DNA from: a bacterium
GTDB lineage: Bacteria > Krumholzibacteriota > Krumholzibacteriia > LZORAL124-64-63
NCBI GenBank assembly: GCA_031441465.1
Contig: JANOEP010000009.1
Location: 32,001-96,000 of the forward strand
Length of the DNA stretch: 64,000 bases
Direction: 5' to 3'
The position numbers and the translations under genes were made by a program. Below are positions 27,584-38,071 of the stretch, one piece after another. Positions within the stretch are counted from its first letter, which is position 1; every line of letters begins with the position of its first letter. The notes under the pieces were generated by a model. It made no database searches and was not told where the DNA came from. It saw nothing but the letters and a program-made list of their open reading frames with translations.

Positions 27584-29239
27584 ATGAAAAACACTCCCCT
27601 CATCCTGGGCGGCCACGTCGGCGACCTGGACGTCCGCTTCGAGCTGGGCGAAGGCGTCCACGTCGTCGGCCGCAGCGCCGACTGCGCCGTCGTGTTGGCC
27701 GAGTCCTCGATCTCGCGCCGCCACGCCGAGATCGAGCACCTCGACGGGCGGGTCCGCATCCACGATCTGGGCAGCCACAACGGCACGCAGGTCAACGGGG
27801 TCGCGATCGGAGACTGGCAGGAACTGAAGCACGGCGACAAACTGGTGCTGGGCCGAGCGACGCTCACCGTCGGCGGCAAGCCGGACACGCAGGCGCTGAT
27901 GACCTTCGTCGGCGACCGGCCGTCGACGGGCGTGGCGATCACCTGGCACGAGGTCACCGGGCGCGACCGCAGCGGCCGCCTCTCCCTGCGCGCGGGCGGC
28001 AAGCGCGCCGAGCTGTTCACCGTGCTGGCCGAAGCGGGCAGCCTGCTGATCTCCCCGGGCGCGCCCGAGGACCTCTTCGAACCCATCCTGGACCTCGTCG
28101 ACGCGGCCATGGCGCCCGAACGCGCGCTGATCGTGCTGCTGGACGAGCAGGACGGCGAGCCGCAGGTACGGGCCTCCCGGGTGCGCGGCGGCGGCGCGGC
28201 CTCGAACATCATGCTGAGCCGCACGGTGATCGAGCGGGTGCTCGGCGAGCGGGTCTCGTTCCTGATCGAGGATGCGCAGCGGGACGTGGCCCTGCAGGCG
28301 CAGATGAGCATCATCTCGCAGGGGCTGCACACGGCCATGGCCGCGCCGCTGTTCGACAACCAGAGCGTCATCGGCCTGCTCTACGCCGACTCCGCCGACA
28401 CCGCCGACCGCTACACCACCGACGAGTTGAAGGCCTTCACCCTGCTGGCCAACTGCATCGCGGTCGCCCTGACCCACGCCCGCTACCACACCATGGAGGC
28501 CGAGAAGCAGCGCCTCGACACCGAACTGGGTGCGGCGAGGCGCATCATGGCCACGCTGCTGCCCGCCGAGGCGCCGGCGGTCGCGGGCTGGGAGCTGCTG
28601 ACCCACCTGGAGTCCTGCACCGAGGTGGGCGGCGATCTCTACGACGTCTTCCCACTGCCCGACGGGCGCCTAGCGGTCGTGATCGGGGACGTGGCGGGCA
28701 AGGGGCTGGGCGCGGCGCTGCTCGTCTCCTCGCTGCTGCCGCTGCTGCGCGGACTCGCCGGTTCGATCCCCGACCCCTCGGACCTCGTCCACCGGCTCAA
28801 CGCCGTGCTCTTCGCCGCCACCGAGTCGATCCGCTACGCCACGCTGTTTGTGGGACTGCTCGATCCGGCCACCGGCGAGCTCGCCTACGTCAACGCCGGC
28901 CACAACCCGCCCTTCGTGGTACGCGGCGACGGCGCGACCGAGTCGCTGGCCGGCACGGGACTGCCGGTGGCCCTGGTCGAAGAGGGGGTGTGGCGGGCCG
29001 GCGCGGCGGCGCTCGCGCCCGGCGACCTGTTGGTGCTCTACACCGACGGCATCCCCGAGGCCTGGAACGCCGAGGACGAGGACTACGGGGACGAGCGGCT
29101 GCGCGCCCTGCTGGCGTCGCTGCGCGGCTGCCCCGTGGCCGCGGTGCGCGACGCCGTGCTGGCCGAAGTGAAGGCTTTCGTGGGCGAGGCTCCCACCAGC
29201 GACGACGTGACGCTGGTGCTGCTGCGGCGCCTGCCCTGA
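27584..29239 (+). CDS. FHA-GAF-SpoIIE/PP2C phosphatase
   Basis: FHA motifs VGRS..SRRHA..DLGSHNGT; PP2C motifs VGGDLYD, GDVAGKG, NAGH, YTDG, DDVT. Confidence 0.92.
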   Translation: MKNTPLILGGHVGDLDVRFELGEGVHVVGRSADCAVVLAESSISRRHAEIEHLDGRVRIHDLGSHNGTQVNGVAIGDWQELKHGDKLVLGRATLTVGGKPDTQALMTFVGDRPSTGVAITWHEVTGRDRSGRLSLRAGGKRAELFTVLAEAGSLLISPGAPEDLFEPILDLVDAAMAPERALIVLLDEQDGEPQVRASRVRGGGAASNIMLSRTVIERVLGERVSFLIEDAQRDVALQAQMSIISQGLHTAMAAPLFDNQSVIGLLYADSADTADRYTTDELKAFTLLANCIAVALTHARYHTMEAEKQRLDTELGAARRIMATLLPAEAPAVAGWELLTHLESCTEVGGDLYDVFPLPDGRLAVVIGDVAGKGLGAALLVSSLLPLLRGLAGSIPDPSDLVHRLNAVLFAATESIRYATLFVGLLDPATGELAYVNAGHNPPFVVRGDGATESLAGTGLPVALVEEGVWRAGAAALAPGDLLVLYTDGIPEAWNAEDEDYGDERLRALLASLRGCPVAAVRDAVLAEVKAFVGEAPTSDDVTLVLLRRLP

Positions 29240-29255
29240 GTCATTACCGCGCCTC

Positions 29256-32200
29256 TCAGGTCCGCCCCGCCCTCCGACCGCTCAGCCGCGTCTGGAAGCG
29301 ATCGAGGTAGGTGAAGAACACCGGCGTCACGTAGAGGGTGATCAGCTGCGAGAAGAGCAGGCCGCCCACGACGCACAACCCCAGCGGCCGCCGCGCCTCC
29401 GAGCCCGCGCCCATCCCCAGCGCGATCGGCAGCGTGCCCACCAGTGCGGCCAGCGTGGTCATCATGATCGGCCGGAAGCGGATGCTGCAGGCCTGGACGA
29501 TGGCCGCCTCCGCCTCCATGCCCCGGCGCTTCGCGTCCAGCGCGAAGTCGATCATCATGATGGCGTTCTTCTTCACCACGCCGATCAGCATGATCAGGCC
29601 GACGAAGCTGTACAGGCTCAGGTCGGCCTTGAAGATCAGCAGCGTCAGCAGCGCCCCGAACAGGGCGAAGGGCAGGCCGGTCAGGATCGTGATCGGGTGC
29701 ACGAAGCTCTCGTAGAGGATGCCCAGGATCAGGTAGACGACCAGGATGGCGATGATCAGCATGGCCGTCATGCCGGACTGCGAGGCCTTGAACGCCTGGG
29801 CGGTGCCCGCGAAATTCGTGACGATCGACGACGGCAGCGTCTCGCGCGCGATCCGGTTGACGGCCGCCACCGCCTCGCTCAGCGCCACCCCCTCGCCGAG
29901 GTTGAAGGACACCGTCACCGACGGCAGCTGCCCCGAGTGGTTGACCGTGAGCGGCCCGACGCCGGGCACGATCTGCGCGATCGCCGACAGCGGCACCAGC
30001 CCGCCGCCGGCCGCGCTCACGTAGAGGCTGCCGACGGCCGCCGCGTCGCGCTGGCGCTCCGGCAGCAGTTCCATCAGCACGTAGTACTGGTTGTTCGGCG
30101 CCAGGATGGTCGACACCTGGCGCGTGCCGAACGCCGAGTAGAGGGTCTCCTCGATCGCCCGCGGCGTCACGCCGAGCGAAGCGGCGCGGTCGCGGTCGAT
30201 GACGACGTCGATCTCGGGGTTGCTCACACGCAGGTCGCTGTTGATGTCGCGCAGCGCCGGCTCTTGCCGCAACCGGGATTCGAACACGGGCGCGGCCGCG
30301 TACAGCGCGTCGAGGTCGGCCGACTGCAGGGTGAACTGGTAGAGCCCCGACGCGAAGCGCGCGCCGATGTTGATGGCCGGCGGGTTGGTGACGAAGGCGC
30401 GGATGCCCGGGATCGCGGCCAGCTTGCCGCGCAGGCTGCCGACGACCTGGTCGGCGCTCAGCTCCCGCTCGGCGCGCGGCTTCAGGCGCAGGAAGAAGCG
30501 GCCCTGGTTGCCGGACGCGGTCGGCCCGCCGGCCCCGACGCTCGACATGAAGACGTCGACGTTCGGGTCCTGCGCCAGCACCGCCGCCACGCTCTGCTGG
30601 TGCGCGCTCATGGCCTCGTACGAGAGCCCTTCCGCCCCTTCCGTCGTTCCGGTGAGGAACCCGGTGTCGGTGCTGGGGATGAAGCCCTTGGGCACCACCT
30701 GGAACAGGACCATCGTGCCGGCGAACACCGCCGCCGACAGCAGCAGCGTGGCGCGCTTGTGCCGCATCGCCGTGCCGAGCGTCCGCTCGTACAGCGCGAG
30801 CCCGCCCGTCCACACCCGCTCGATGCCGTCGTAGAACCGGTTGTGCTTCACGTGCTGGGGCTTCAGGAAGCGGCTGCACATCATCGGCGTCAGCGTCAGC
30901 GACACGAAGCCCGAGACCAGGATCGCGGTCATGATGACGACCGCGAACTCCCGGAACAGCCGGCCCATGATCCCGCCCATGAACAGGATGGGGATGAACA
31001 CCGCGGCCAGCGAGAGCGTCATCGAGACGATGGTGAAGCCGACCTCGCGCGCCCCGTCGACCGCGGCCGCGTAAGGCTGCTTCCCCATCTCCAGGTGACG
31101 GTAGATGTTCTCCAGCATCACGATGGCGTCGTCCACGACGAAGCCGACCGACAGGGTCAGCGCCATCAGCGACAGGTTGTCCAGGCTGTGGCCCAGCAGC
31201 GCCATCACCCCGAACGTCCCCACCAGCGACATCGGCAAGGCGAGGCTGGGGATCACCGTGGCCGACAGGTTGCGCAGGAACAGGAAGATCACCAGCACCA
31301 CCAGGCACAGGGTCAGCAGCAGGGTGAACTTGACGTCGCGGATCGACTCGCGGATCGGCTGGGCCCGGTCGATCATCACGTTCAGCGTCGCGGAAGCCGG
31401 CAGCTGGCTGCGCAGGTCCGGCAGCAACGCCTGCACCGCCCGCGAGACTTCGTCGGTGTTGGTGCCGGGCTGCCGCTGCACGGCCAGCATGATCGCGCGC
31501 TGGTCGACGAACCAGCTGGCGGTGCGGTCGTTCTGCACGCCGTCGACGACACGCCCCAGGTCCTGCAGGCGCACCGGCGCGCCGTCGCGGTAGGCCACCA
31601 CGATCGGCCGGTACTCCGCCGCCGAATTCAGCTGCCCGGTGGCGCGCACGGTCGTGGCCTTGTCCGGGCCCCACAGCGTGCCGGTGGGCAGGTTGACGTT
31701 GTTCGCCTGGATCGACCGGACGACCTCGTCGAGGCCGATGCCGCGCGAGGCCAGGGCCTGCGGGTCGAGCTGCACGCGCACCGCGTACTTCTGGGTGCCG
31801 TAGACCTGCACCTGGGCCACGCCGCTCACCATCGAGATGCGCCGCGCGATCATCGTCTGCGCGTACTCGTCCAGGACCGAGAGCGGCAGCGTCGGCGACG
31901 TGATGTTGATCATGAGGATGGGCGAGTCGGCCGGGTTCACCTTCTGGTAGGACGGCGGCGACGGCATGTCGCTCGGCAGCTGCCGCTGCACCGCGGCGAT
32001 GGCGGCCTGCACGTCCTGCGCGGCGGCGTCGATGTCGCGCTCCAGGCTGAACTGGATGGTGATCGAGGTGGAGCCCAGGCTGCTCGTGGAGGTCATGTTG
32101 TCGATGCCGGCGATGGTGGAGAACTGCTTCTCCAGCGGCGTCGCCACCGCCGAGGCCATGGTCTCGGGGCTGGCGCCGGGCAGGCCCGCCGACACCGAGA

Positions 32201-32324
32201 TCGTCGGGAAGTCCACGTTCGGCAGGTCGCTGACCGGCAGCTGCCGGTAGCCCAGGACGCCGGCCCCGAGGATGGCCAGCATGACCAGCGTCGTCATGAC
32301 CGGCCGGCGGATGAAGATGCTCAT
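29256..32324 (-). CDS. RND efflux permease (MdtB/MdtC-like)
   Basis: FIRRPV, GFVVDDAIVMLEN, GVVKKNAIMMIDFA, RFRPIMMTT. Confidence 0.95.
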   Translation of the reverse strand: MSIFIRRPVMTTLVMLAILGAGVLGYRQLPVSDLPNVDFPTISVSAGLPGASPETMASAVATPLEKQFSTIAGIDNMTSTSSLGSTSITIQFSLERDIDAAAQDVQAAIAAVQRQLPSDMPSPPSYQKVNPADSPILMINITSPTLPLSVLDEYAQTMIARRISMVSGVAQVQVYGTQKYAVRVQLDPQALASRGIGLDEVVRSIQANNVNLPTGTLWGPDKATTVRATGQLNSAAEYRPIVVAYRDGAPVRLQDLGRVVDGVQNDRTASWFVDQRAIMLAVQRQPGTNTDEVSRAVQALLPDLRSQLPASATLNVMIDRAQPIRESIRDVKFTLLLTLCLVVLVIFLFLRNLSATVIPSLALPMSLVGTFGVMALLGHSLDNLSLMALTLSVGFVVDDAIVMLENIYRHLEMGKQPYAAAVDGAREVGFTIVSMTLSLAAVFIPILFMGGIMGRLFREFAVVIMTAILVSGFVSLTLTPMMCSRFLKPQHVKHNRFYDGIERVWTGGLALYERTLGTAMRHKRATLLLSAAVFAGTMVLFQVVPKGFIPSTDTGFLTGTTEGAEGLSYEAMSAHQQSVAAVLAQDPNVDVFMSSVGAGGPTASGNQGRFFLRLKPRAERELSADQVVGSLRGKLAAIPGIRAFVTNPPAINIGARFASGLYQFTLQSADLDALYAAAPVFESRLRQEPALRDINSDLRVSNPEIDVVIDRDRAASLGVTPRAIEETLYSAFGTRQVSTILAPNNQYYVLMELLPERQRDAAAVGSLYVSAAGGGLVPLSAIAQIVPGVGPLTVNHSGQLPSVTVSFNLGEGVALSEAVAAVNRIARETLPSSIVTNFAGTAQAFKASQSGMTAMLIIAILVVYLILGILYESFVHPITILTGLPFALFGALLTLLIFKADLSLYSFVGLIMLIGVVKKNAIMMIDFALDAKRRGMEAEAAIVQACSIRFRPIMMTTLAALVGTLPIALGMGAGSEARRPLGLCVVGGLLFSQLITLYVTPVFFTYLDRFQTRLSGRRAGRT

Positions 32325-33460
32325 CGGGCGCCTCCCGGCGCCGGCCGCGACGGCTTGACCTCCACGACCGCGCCCGGCACCAGCCGCATCTGCCCGTCGA
32401 TCACGACCGCCTCGCCGTCCCGCAGGTCGCCCGCCACCACGGACAGACCGTCGATGGTGCGGTCCACGACGACGGCGCGCTTCTCGACCTTCAAATCGGC
32501 GCCCACGACGAAGACGAACAACCCGTCGCGCCCGGTCACCACGGCGGCGGCGGGCACCGTCAGCGCGGCGGGGTCGACCGCGAGCACCAGGTCGACGTCC
32601 ACGAACTGCCCCGGCCAGAGCGCGCCGTCCGCGTTCGCGAACTCCGCCTTCAGCGTCACGGTGCCGGTGGCGGCGTCGACGGCGTTGTCCACGAAGACCA
32701 GGCGGCCGACGAGCGCCTCGCCCGCGCCGTCGCGCGACGGCCGCGCGTGGACCGCGAGCGCGGCTCCCGCCGCGCGCCGCCTCACCTGCGGCAGCCCGTC
32801 GCCCGGCACGGCGAAGACGACCCGGATCGGGCTCAGCTGGTTGACGACGACGAGCGGGCTGCCGTTCGGCGCCACCACGTTGCCCTTCTTGACCAGGATG
32901 CTCCCGGTGCGGCCGGCCACGGGCGACGACACGGTGGCGTAGGCGAGGGACAGCTTCGCCTGCTCGACCGCCGCCCGGTCGGCCTGCACGGCGGCCCGGA
33001 AGACGTCCGCCTGGGTGCGGGCCGTGTCGAACTGTTCGCGCGTCACGTAGTCCTTCGCCACCAGCTTCTCGTAGCGGGCGGCCTGCGCCTCGGCGTTGGC
33101 GGCCTGCGCCTCGTCGCGCGCGAGCTGGGCCCGCGCCGCCTCCAGCGCCGCCTGCAGCGGCCGCGGGTCGATCTGGAACAACGGCTGACCGGCCTGGACG
33201 TCGTCGCCTTCGGTGAAGGCCACGCGCGTGATCACGCCGCCCACCTGCGGGCGGACCGCCACCGACTCGATCGGCTCGACCGTGCCCACCGCGTTCAGCA
33301 GCAGCGGTGCGGGCTGCACCTTCACGAGGCCGGTCACCACGGGCACCGGCGGCGCTTTGGCCGGCGGCTTGGCGCCCGTGCCCGCCGCGGCCAGGACGAC
33401 GGCGATCACGCTCGCGAGCAGCGTCAGGGCGGGAGCCGGGTGCTTGGTCGTCGCCGTCAT
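32321..33460 (-). CDS. RND membrane fusion protein (MdtA-like)
   Basis: VRPQVGG, LFQIDPRP, DNAVDAATGT, LWPGQFV; start placed at ATG 33460. Confidence 0.92.
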   Translation of the reverse strand: MTATTKHPAPALTLLASVIAVVLAAAGTGAKPPAKAPPVPVVTGLVKVQPAPLLLNAVGTVEPIESVAVRPQVGGVITRVAFTEGDDVQAGQPLFQIDPRPLQAALEAARAQLARDEAQAANAEAQAARYEKLVAKDYVTREQFDTARTQADVFRAAVQADRAAVEQAKLSLAYATVSSPVAGRTGSILVKKGNVVAPNGSPLVVVNQLSPIRVVFAVPGDGLPQVRRRAAGAALAVHARPSRDGAGEALVGRLVFVDNAVDAATGTVTLKAEFANADGALWPGQFVDVDLVLAVDPAALTVPAAAVVTGRDGLFVFVVGADLKVEKRAVVVDRTIDGLSVVAGDLRDGEAVVIDGQMRLVPGAVVEVKPSRPAPGGAR

Positions 33461-34947
33461 CGGGTCACCTCGGGGTGCAGGTTGTCGGGAGCCAGGGGAT
33501 TCGCGCCGCGCAGCCCCAGGACGCCCGCGTCGCGGGCGAGCTGCGCCAGGGAGGTGAACCAGCCGAGCCGCGCGTTGATCCGCTGGGCGCGCGCCGTCGC
33601 GAGCGCGCGCTGCGCCGAGAGCAGGTCCAGGATGTCGCCCACGCCCTCGCGGTAGCGGCCCAGCGCGACCTGCTCGGAAGCCGCGGCGCTGGCCAGCAGC
33701 TCCTCGGCCGTCTGCACGCGCTCGGTGGCGGTGAGGAAGTCGCTGTGCGCGACGAAGATCTCGTAGACGACCCGCTGCTCGACACCGCGCGCCCGCTCGG
33801 CGGCCGCCTCGGCCTCGGCTTGCGCCCGCGCCAGTTCGTGCCGTCCCGAGAAGCCTCCGAAGAGCGGGACGCTGAGCACCAGCGCCCCGCTCGTGCGGTC
33901 GGTGGGGTCGTCCACGCCGTCGGTCCAGAGCCGGCCCGTCGAGCCGCTCACCGACAGCGACGGCAGCAGGCTGGAACGCGCGCTGCGGACGCGGGCCGCG
34001 GCGGCCTGCGCCCGCGCCTGCGCCGCCTGCAGGTCGGGCCGCGCCGCCACGGCCCGCCCGATCAACTCCTCCACCGCGAGCGCGACACCGTCGACCGGGA
34101 TGTCGGGCACGCCGATCTCGATGTCGAAGGGAACGTTCGCCGGGTAGCCCATCGACACCGCGAGCGCGCCCTTGGTCGTGCGCACCTGGCCCTCGGTGGC
34201 CTGCAGGTCCAGCTTCACCTGGGCGCGGGCCGTGCGCGCCTGCAGCACGTCGGCGATCGTGGCCAGACCGACCTCGTGCCGCGCTTCGGCCGCGGCGAGG
34301 CTGCTGTCCGCCTCGGCGTAGGAGACGCGGTTCGCCTCGAGGATGGCCTTGGCTCCCCCGTAGTGGTGGAACGCCGTCACCACGTCCAGGACGGCGTCCT
34401 GGATGACGGCGTTGTGCGTCCAGTCGGCCGCCAGCAGGCCCTGCTTCGCGGCCTCGATGCGCCCGGCGCGCCCGCCGAAATCCAGCAGTTGCCACGACAG
34501 GGCGGCGCCGTGTCCGTACGTGGTGGACCAGGTCCCGCTGCGGTTCTGCGCGGAGGCGGTGTTGCCGCGCGCGAGCGTGGCGTTGCCGTTCAAGGTGGGC
34601 AGGCGGGTCCCCCGCGCGGAGCCGTAGCTAGCGGCGGCCGCCTTGGCGTCGGCCCAGGCCGCGCGGGAGGCCGGGCTGTTGGCCAGCGCGATGTCCACGA
34701 CCTCGGCCAGGGTGAGGTTCGCCAGCCGGTCCAGGACCTCGTCGGGCGGGAGGGCCGCGACGGCCGGCACGGGCGCCGCGGCGGCACGCGGCGGCGGCGT
34801 CCAGAGCGCGTCGGGCGCGGGCGCCGTCCCGGCCACGCCGTCGACGCGGGGTGGACCGCTCGCGCAGCCGGCGGCGAGCAGCGTTGCGAGAACGAGCAGA
34901 ACCGCCGCGCCGCCGCGGCCGGGCGGAGCCTGGAATCGAACGTTCAT
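33457..34947 (-). CDS. TolC-family outer membrane efflux lipoprotein
   Basis: Lipobox LAAGC; OEP repeats (LLDFGGR, VPLFGG, RYREGVG). Confidence 0.9.
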   Translation of the reverse strand: MNVRFQAPPGRGGAAVLLVLATLLAAGCASGPPRVDGVAGTAPAPDALWTPPPRAAAAPVPAVAALPPDEVLDRLANLTLAEVVDIALANSPASRAAWADAKAAAASYGSARGTRLPTLNGNATLARGNTASAQNRSGTWSTTYGHGAALSWQLLDFGGRAGRIEAAKQGLLAADWTHNAVIQDAVLDVVTAFHHYGGAKAILEANRVSYAEADSSLAAAEARHEVGLATIADVLQARTARAQVKLDLQATEGQVRTTKGALAVSMGYPANVPFDIEIGVPDIPVDGVALAVEELIGRAVAARPDLQAAQARAQAAAARVRSARSSLLPSLSVSGSTGRLWTDGVDDPTDRTSGALVLSVPLFGGFSGRHELARAQAEAEAAAERARGVEQRVVYEIFVAHSDFLTATERVQTAEELLASAAASEQVALGRYREGVGDILDLLSAQRALATARAQRINARLGWFTSLAQLARDAGVLGLRGANPLAPDNLHPEVTR

Positions 34948-35107
34948 GATGTCCTCCCGGGCCACCTTAGGAACCAGGCGAGCGGCGGTCAAGGAGCCAT
35001 CGCCGCCGCCGCGACGAGCGGGGAATCGACCCGCCGTCGTCCAGGCGTTACACTGCTGCGGACCGCGCTCGCCGGTGAGCCGACTCGGGAAGGAGCGTCC
35101 GTTGGTG

Positions 35108-36751
35108 ATGATGACTGAACATACGAGACCGGGATTTCCTGCGGACCGGGCCGGTAGCGGCGGCTGGACATCCTCGCTGCTGGCCGGCGCGGGCGCCCTG
35201 GCGCTCTACCTGCTGCTGGCGCCGCCGGCGGTCGGCGACAAGGACGCGGCGGAGTTCACGCTGGTGCTGGCGACGCGCGGCGTCGCCCACCCCACCGGCT
35301 ATCCCCTCTACACGCTGCTCGGCCACCCCTTCGTGACGCTCCTGCACGCTTGCGGGGCGAGCTGGGCCTACGCCGCCAACGCGTGGAGCGCGCTGGGCGG
35401 CGCGGTGGCCGTCGCGCTGCTGCACAAGCTGGCCCGCGGACTGGTCGCGGGCGACCGCGGCGGCACCGCGCTGGCGTGGCTGCCCGCGCTGCTCTTCGGT
35501 CTCAATCCCATCTGGACCTTCGAGACGACGCTGGCCGAGACCGGCTCCTGGCACGTGGCCTGGTCCTGCGGCGCGGCGCTGCTGGCCCTGCGCCTGCTCG
35601 TGCGGCTGGACGCGCCCGGCGCCGTCACCGATGTGGGCGCCCGCCGCGGCGCGGCAGCCTGGGGTCTGGTCTGCGGCCTCGGCCTGGCGCACCACGCGAC
35701 GGCCCTGCTGCTGGCGGCGCCCCTGACGCTCGCGCTCGCGATCCCGGCGCGGCGGCGCGGACTGCCGGCGCGCCTGCTCGTCCCCCCGCTGGCCGGCCTG
35801 CTGCTGCCGCTGCTGTCCTACGGCTTCGTCGCCTGGCGGGCCTTCCACCCCGGGACTGTGCAGTGGCCGCTGCTCGCCCCCGCCTGGGGAGCCGTCTTCG
35901 ACCATCTCCGGGCCGGCCAGTACCGCGAATACTTCGGGCGCTTCCACCCCTCGGCCGCCCAGGCGCATTTCCTGGCGCTCTACGTCTACCCGTTCCTGGC
36001 CCTGTCCGCGCTCGCGCTCGGCACGGCGATCCGCGCGGCCGGACCCGGACCGCGGCGACGGCTGCTGCTGGCGATCGCGGCCGGCTGCCTCGTCGAGTGC
36101 GCCGTGGCGTTCAACTACGGCGTGCCCGACCCCTCGTCCTACTTCCTGCCGATCCTCGCGCTCGGGATGATCGCCACGGCGCCTGCAGCGGCCCGCGCCG
36201 GCCGGGCGCTGGGGGGACGCGGCCGGAGTCCGGCCGTAGCCGGCGCTTTGCTGGTGCTGGCCCTGGTCGCCCTTGCGACGCCGTGGCTGCGGACGAGCTG
36301 GGAACGGCGCGGCGTGTACGTCCGTCACGAGCAACTGATCAAGAGCATGTGGGAGTCCGTCACCGCCGAACGGGGCTTCCTGATCTGGGCCGACGACATG
36401 GCGTACCGGCTGCGCGCTTGGCAGATCCTCGACGGCGAGAAGCCCGGACTCGTGGTGGTGAATCCGGCCCTGTTGACCCACCCGTGGCCGCGCCGCGAGT
36501 TCACGCGCCGCCACGGGTTCGACCCGCTGGCAGGCGTGACGCTGCCGCGCGAAGGTCAGCTCGGGCGCGCCGGCGCGGACACGGTCGTCGCGAACCTGCT
36601 CGGCGGGACGGCCCGGAGCATCAACGCTCAGTCGTCCCTGCCGGTGTTCATGTTCGACCCCGCGGGGCCTTCGGTGCGGATGCTGCGCAAGCCCACGACC
36701 GAACCGGCCGCGCCGACGAGCACAGCGCCGAGTTCGCAGTTGTCGAGGTAG
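35108..36751 (+). CDS. DUF2723-family (GT-C/TMEM260-like) membrane glycosyltransferase
   Basis: DAAEF...GVAHPTGYPLYTLLG, GLAHH; multiple TM segments. Confidence 0.8.
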   Translation: MMTEHTRPGFPADRAGSGGWTSSLLAGAGALALYLLLAPPAVGDKDAAEFTLVLATRGVAHPTGYPLYTLLGHPFVTLLHACGASWAYAANAWSALGGAVAVALLHKLARGLVAGDRGGTALAWLPALLFGLNPIWTFETTLAETGSWHVAWSCGAALLALRLLVRLDAPGAVTDVGARRGAAAWGLVCGLGLAHHATALLLAAPLTLALAIPARRRGLPARLLVPPLAGLLLPLLSYGFVAWRAFHPGTVQWPLLAPAWGAVFDHLRAGQYREYFGRFHPSAAQAHFLALYVYPFLALSALALGTAIRAAGPGPRRRLLLAIAAGCLVECAVAFNYGVPDPSSYFLPILALGMIATAPAAARAGRALGGRGRSPAVAGALLVLALVALATPWLRTSWERRGVYVRHEQLIKSMWESVTAERGFLIWADDMAYRLRAWQILDGEKPGLVVVNPALLTHPWPRREFTRRHGFDPLAGVTLPREGQLGRAGADTVVANLLGGTARSINAQSSLPVFMFDPAGPSVRMLRKPTTEPAAPTSTAPSSQLSR

Positions 36752-37929
36752 GGTCCGCGGACGGGATCGGTGTCATCGGCGCGGACGGCGAACGATTCGC
36801 AGCCCGGTCCGCGCGCGAAGAGCGGCACCAGCGAGTTGGTGTGCTCGCCGGTGAGGAACACGTAGGCCGGCACGGGACCGGCGAGGTGGCCGCTCTCGTG
36901 GTCCGCGGTGACCACCACGAGCGTCTCCGCGAGCAGGCCGCGCTCGTCGAGCCACGCCGTCGCGGCCTCGACCGCCCGGTTGAAATCCGTCATCTCCTCG
37001 ATCATGCGCCCGACCTGTCGGTCGTGGCTGGCCCAGTCCACGGCGCCCCCTTCGATCAGCAGGCAGAAGCCGTCGGGATCCTCGTCGACGACGTTCAGGG
37101 CGGCCAGCGCCATCTCGGCCAGGGTCGGAACGTCGGCGTTGCGCGGCACGGCGAAGGGTGCCGCGAGCGGATCGCCGTCGCGCTGCTCCTGCAGCGTCTC
37201 GCGCACCGGCGGCACGCCGACCACGCGGCGCGGCGTCGCGCCGCGGGCCAGGGCCTGGAACTGCTCGCGCGTCGTGACCAGGGACCAGGGACCCGCGGAC
37301 TCCGCACCGAGCCGGCCGGCGACGAGCGAATCCCAGATCGCGGCGCCGCCGACCCGGCCGTAGTCCGCGACATCGCGCCGGTGCCCGCCGTCGTCGTACC
37401 AGGGATGCCCGGCGCCCATGACGACGTCCAGCTCGCCGCCGCCGAGCATGAGTCGCGCGATCTCCAGGTAGGCGCCGCGGTCCCGGCAGGAGACGGCGAA
37501 ACCCGCCGGCGTGGCGTGGACGAACGGCACCGTGGTGACGACGCCGGTCGACTTCCCGGCCGCGGCCATGGCCTGGGCGAGCGTCACCAGCGGATCGCCG
37601 CGGGGATCGACCGCCAGCCGCCCGTTGACCGTCTTGACCCCGGTGGTCATGGCGGTGATCGCGGCGGCCGAATCGGTGGGGTCGCGGTCGCACCAGGCGG
37701 GGTCGCGCCACGTCGGCTCGGGATCGTAGGCCCCGCCGTCGGGCGGGGTGCTCATCGCGAGGCGCACCGGCCAGCCGTCGTACACCTGGCGGCCGGTCGG
37801 ATCCGTCTCGTGGAGACGGGCGGCCTCGAAGTGCAGGAACCCCGCGCCGTCGGCGACGAACAGCACGATGTTGCGCGGGGCGGGCGTGCCCGCGGCCAGG
37901 CAGAGCGAGACGAGCAGGTGCGTGAACAC
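36628..37929 (-). CDS. Alkaline phosphatase
   Basis: VADGAG, TDSAA (catalytic Ser), HATPA, EGGAVDWASH, TADHE; signal peptide; RBS AAGGAG. Confidence 0.9.
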   Translation of the reverse strand: MFTHLLVSLCLAAGTPAPRNIVLFVADGAGFLHFEAARLHETDPTGRQVYDGWPVRLAMSTPPDGGAYDPEPTWRDPAWCDRDPTDSAAAITAMTTGVKTVNGRLAVDPRGDPLVTLAQAMAAAGKSTGVVTTVPFVHATPAGFAVSCRDRGAYLEIARLMLGGGELDVVMGAGHPWYDDGGHRRDVADYGRVGGAAIWDSLVAGRLGAESAGPWSLVTTREQFQALARGATPRRVVGVPPVRETLQEQRDGDPLAAPFAVPRNADVPTLAEMALAALNVVDEDPDGFCLLIEGGAVDWASHDRQVGRMIEEMTDFNRAVEAATAWLDERGLLAETLVVVTADHESGHLAGPVPAYVFLTGEHTNSLVPLFARGPGCESFAVRADDTDPVRGPYLDNCELGAVLVGAAGSVVGLRSIRTEGPAGSNMNTGRDD

Positions 37930-38022
37930 GGGACTCCTTTCGGGATCCGGTGAATGTAGTCGCTGATTGCGAAAAATTCGAGAAGCGTCGGTCTCGCGCC
38001 TCACCGGTCCGGTCACACGCGA

Positions 38023-38051
38023 AAGGCCGCCCCCTCGGCGGGAGCGGCCTT
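38023..38051 (-). terminator. Intrinsic terminator-like hairpin
   Basis: AAGGCCGCTCCC-GCCGA-GGGGGCGGCCTT after the stop at 38072. Confidence 0.6.
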
Positions 38052-38071
38052 CGCTCGCCGGCGGCCGGCGA

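Noticed and set aside
29697..32942. Very long alternative-frame or antisense ORFs (1081 aa here; also 38949-42029, 47823-50177, 51824-54847, 51864-54581)
   Set aside because: They overlap well-supported genes, are Arg/Gly/Ala-rich without motifs, and are expected shadows in very GC-rich DNA.
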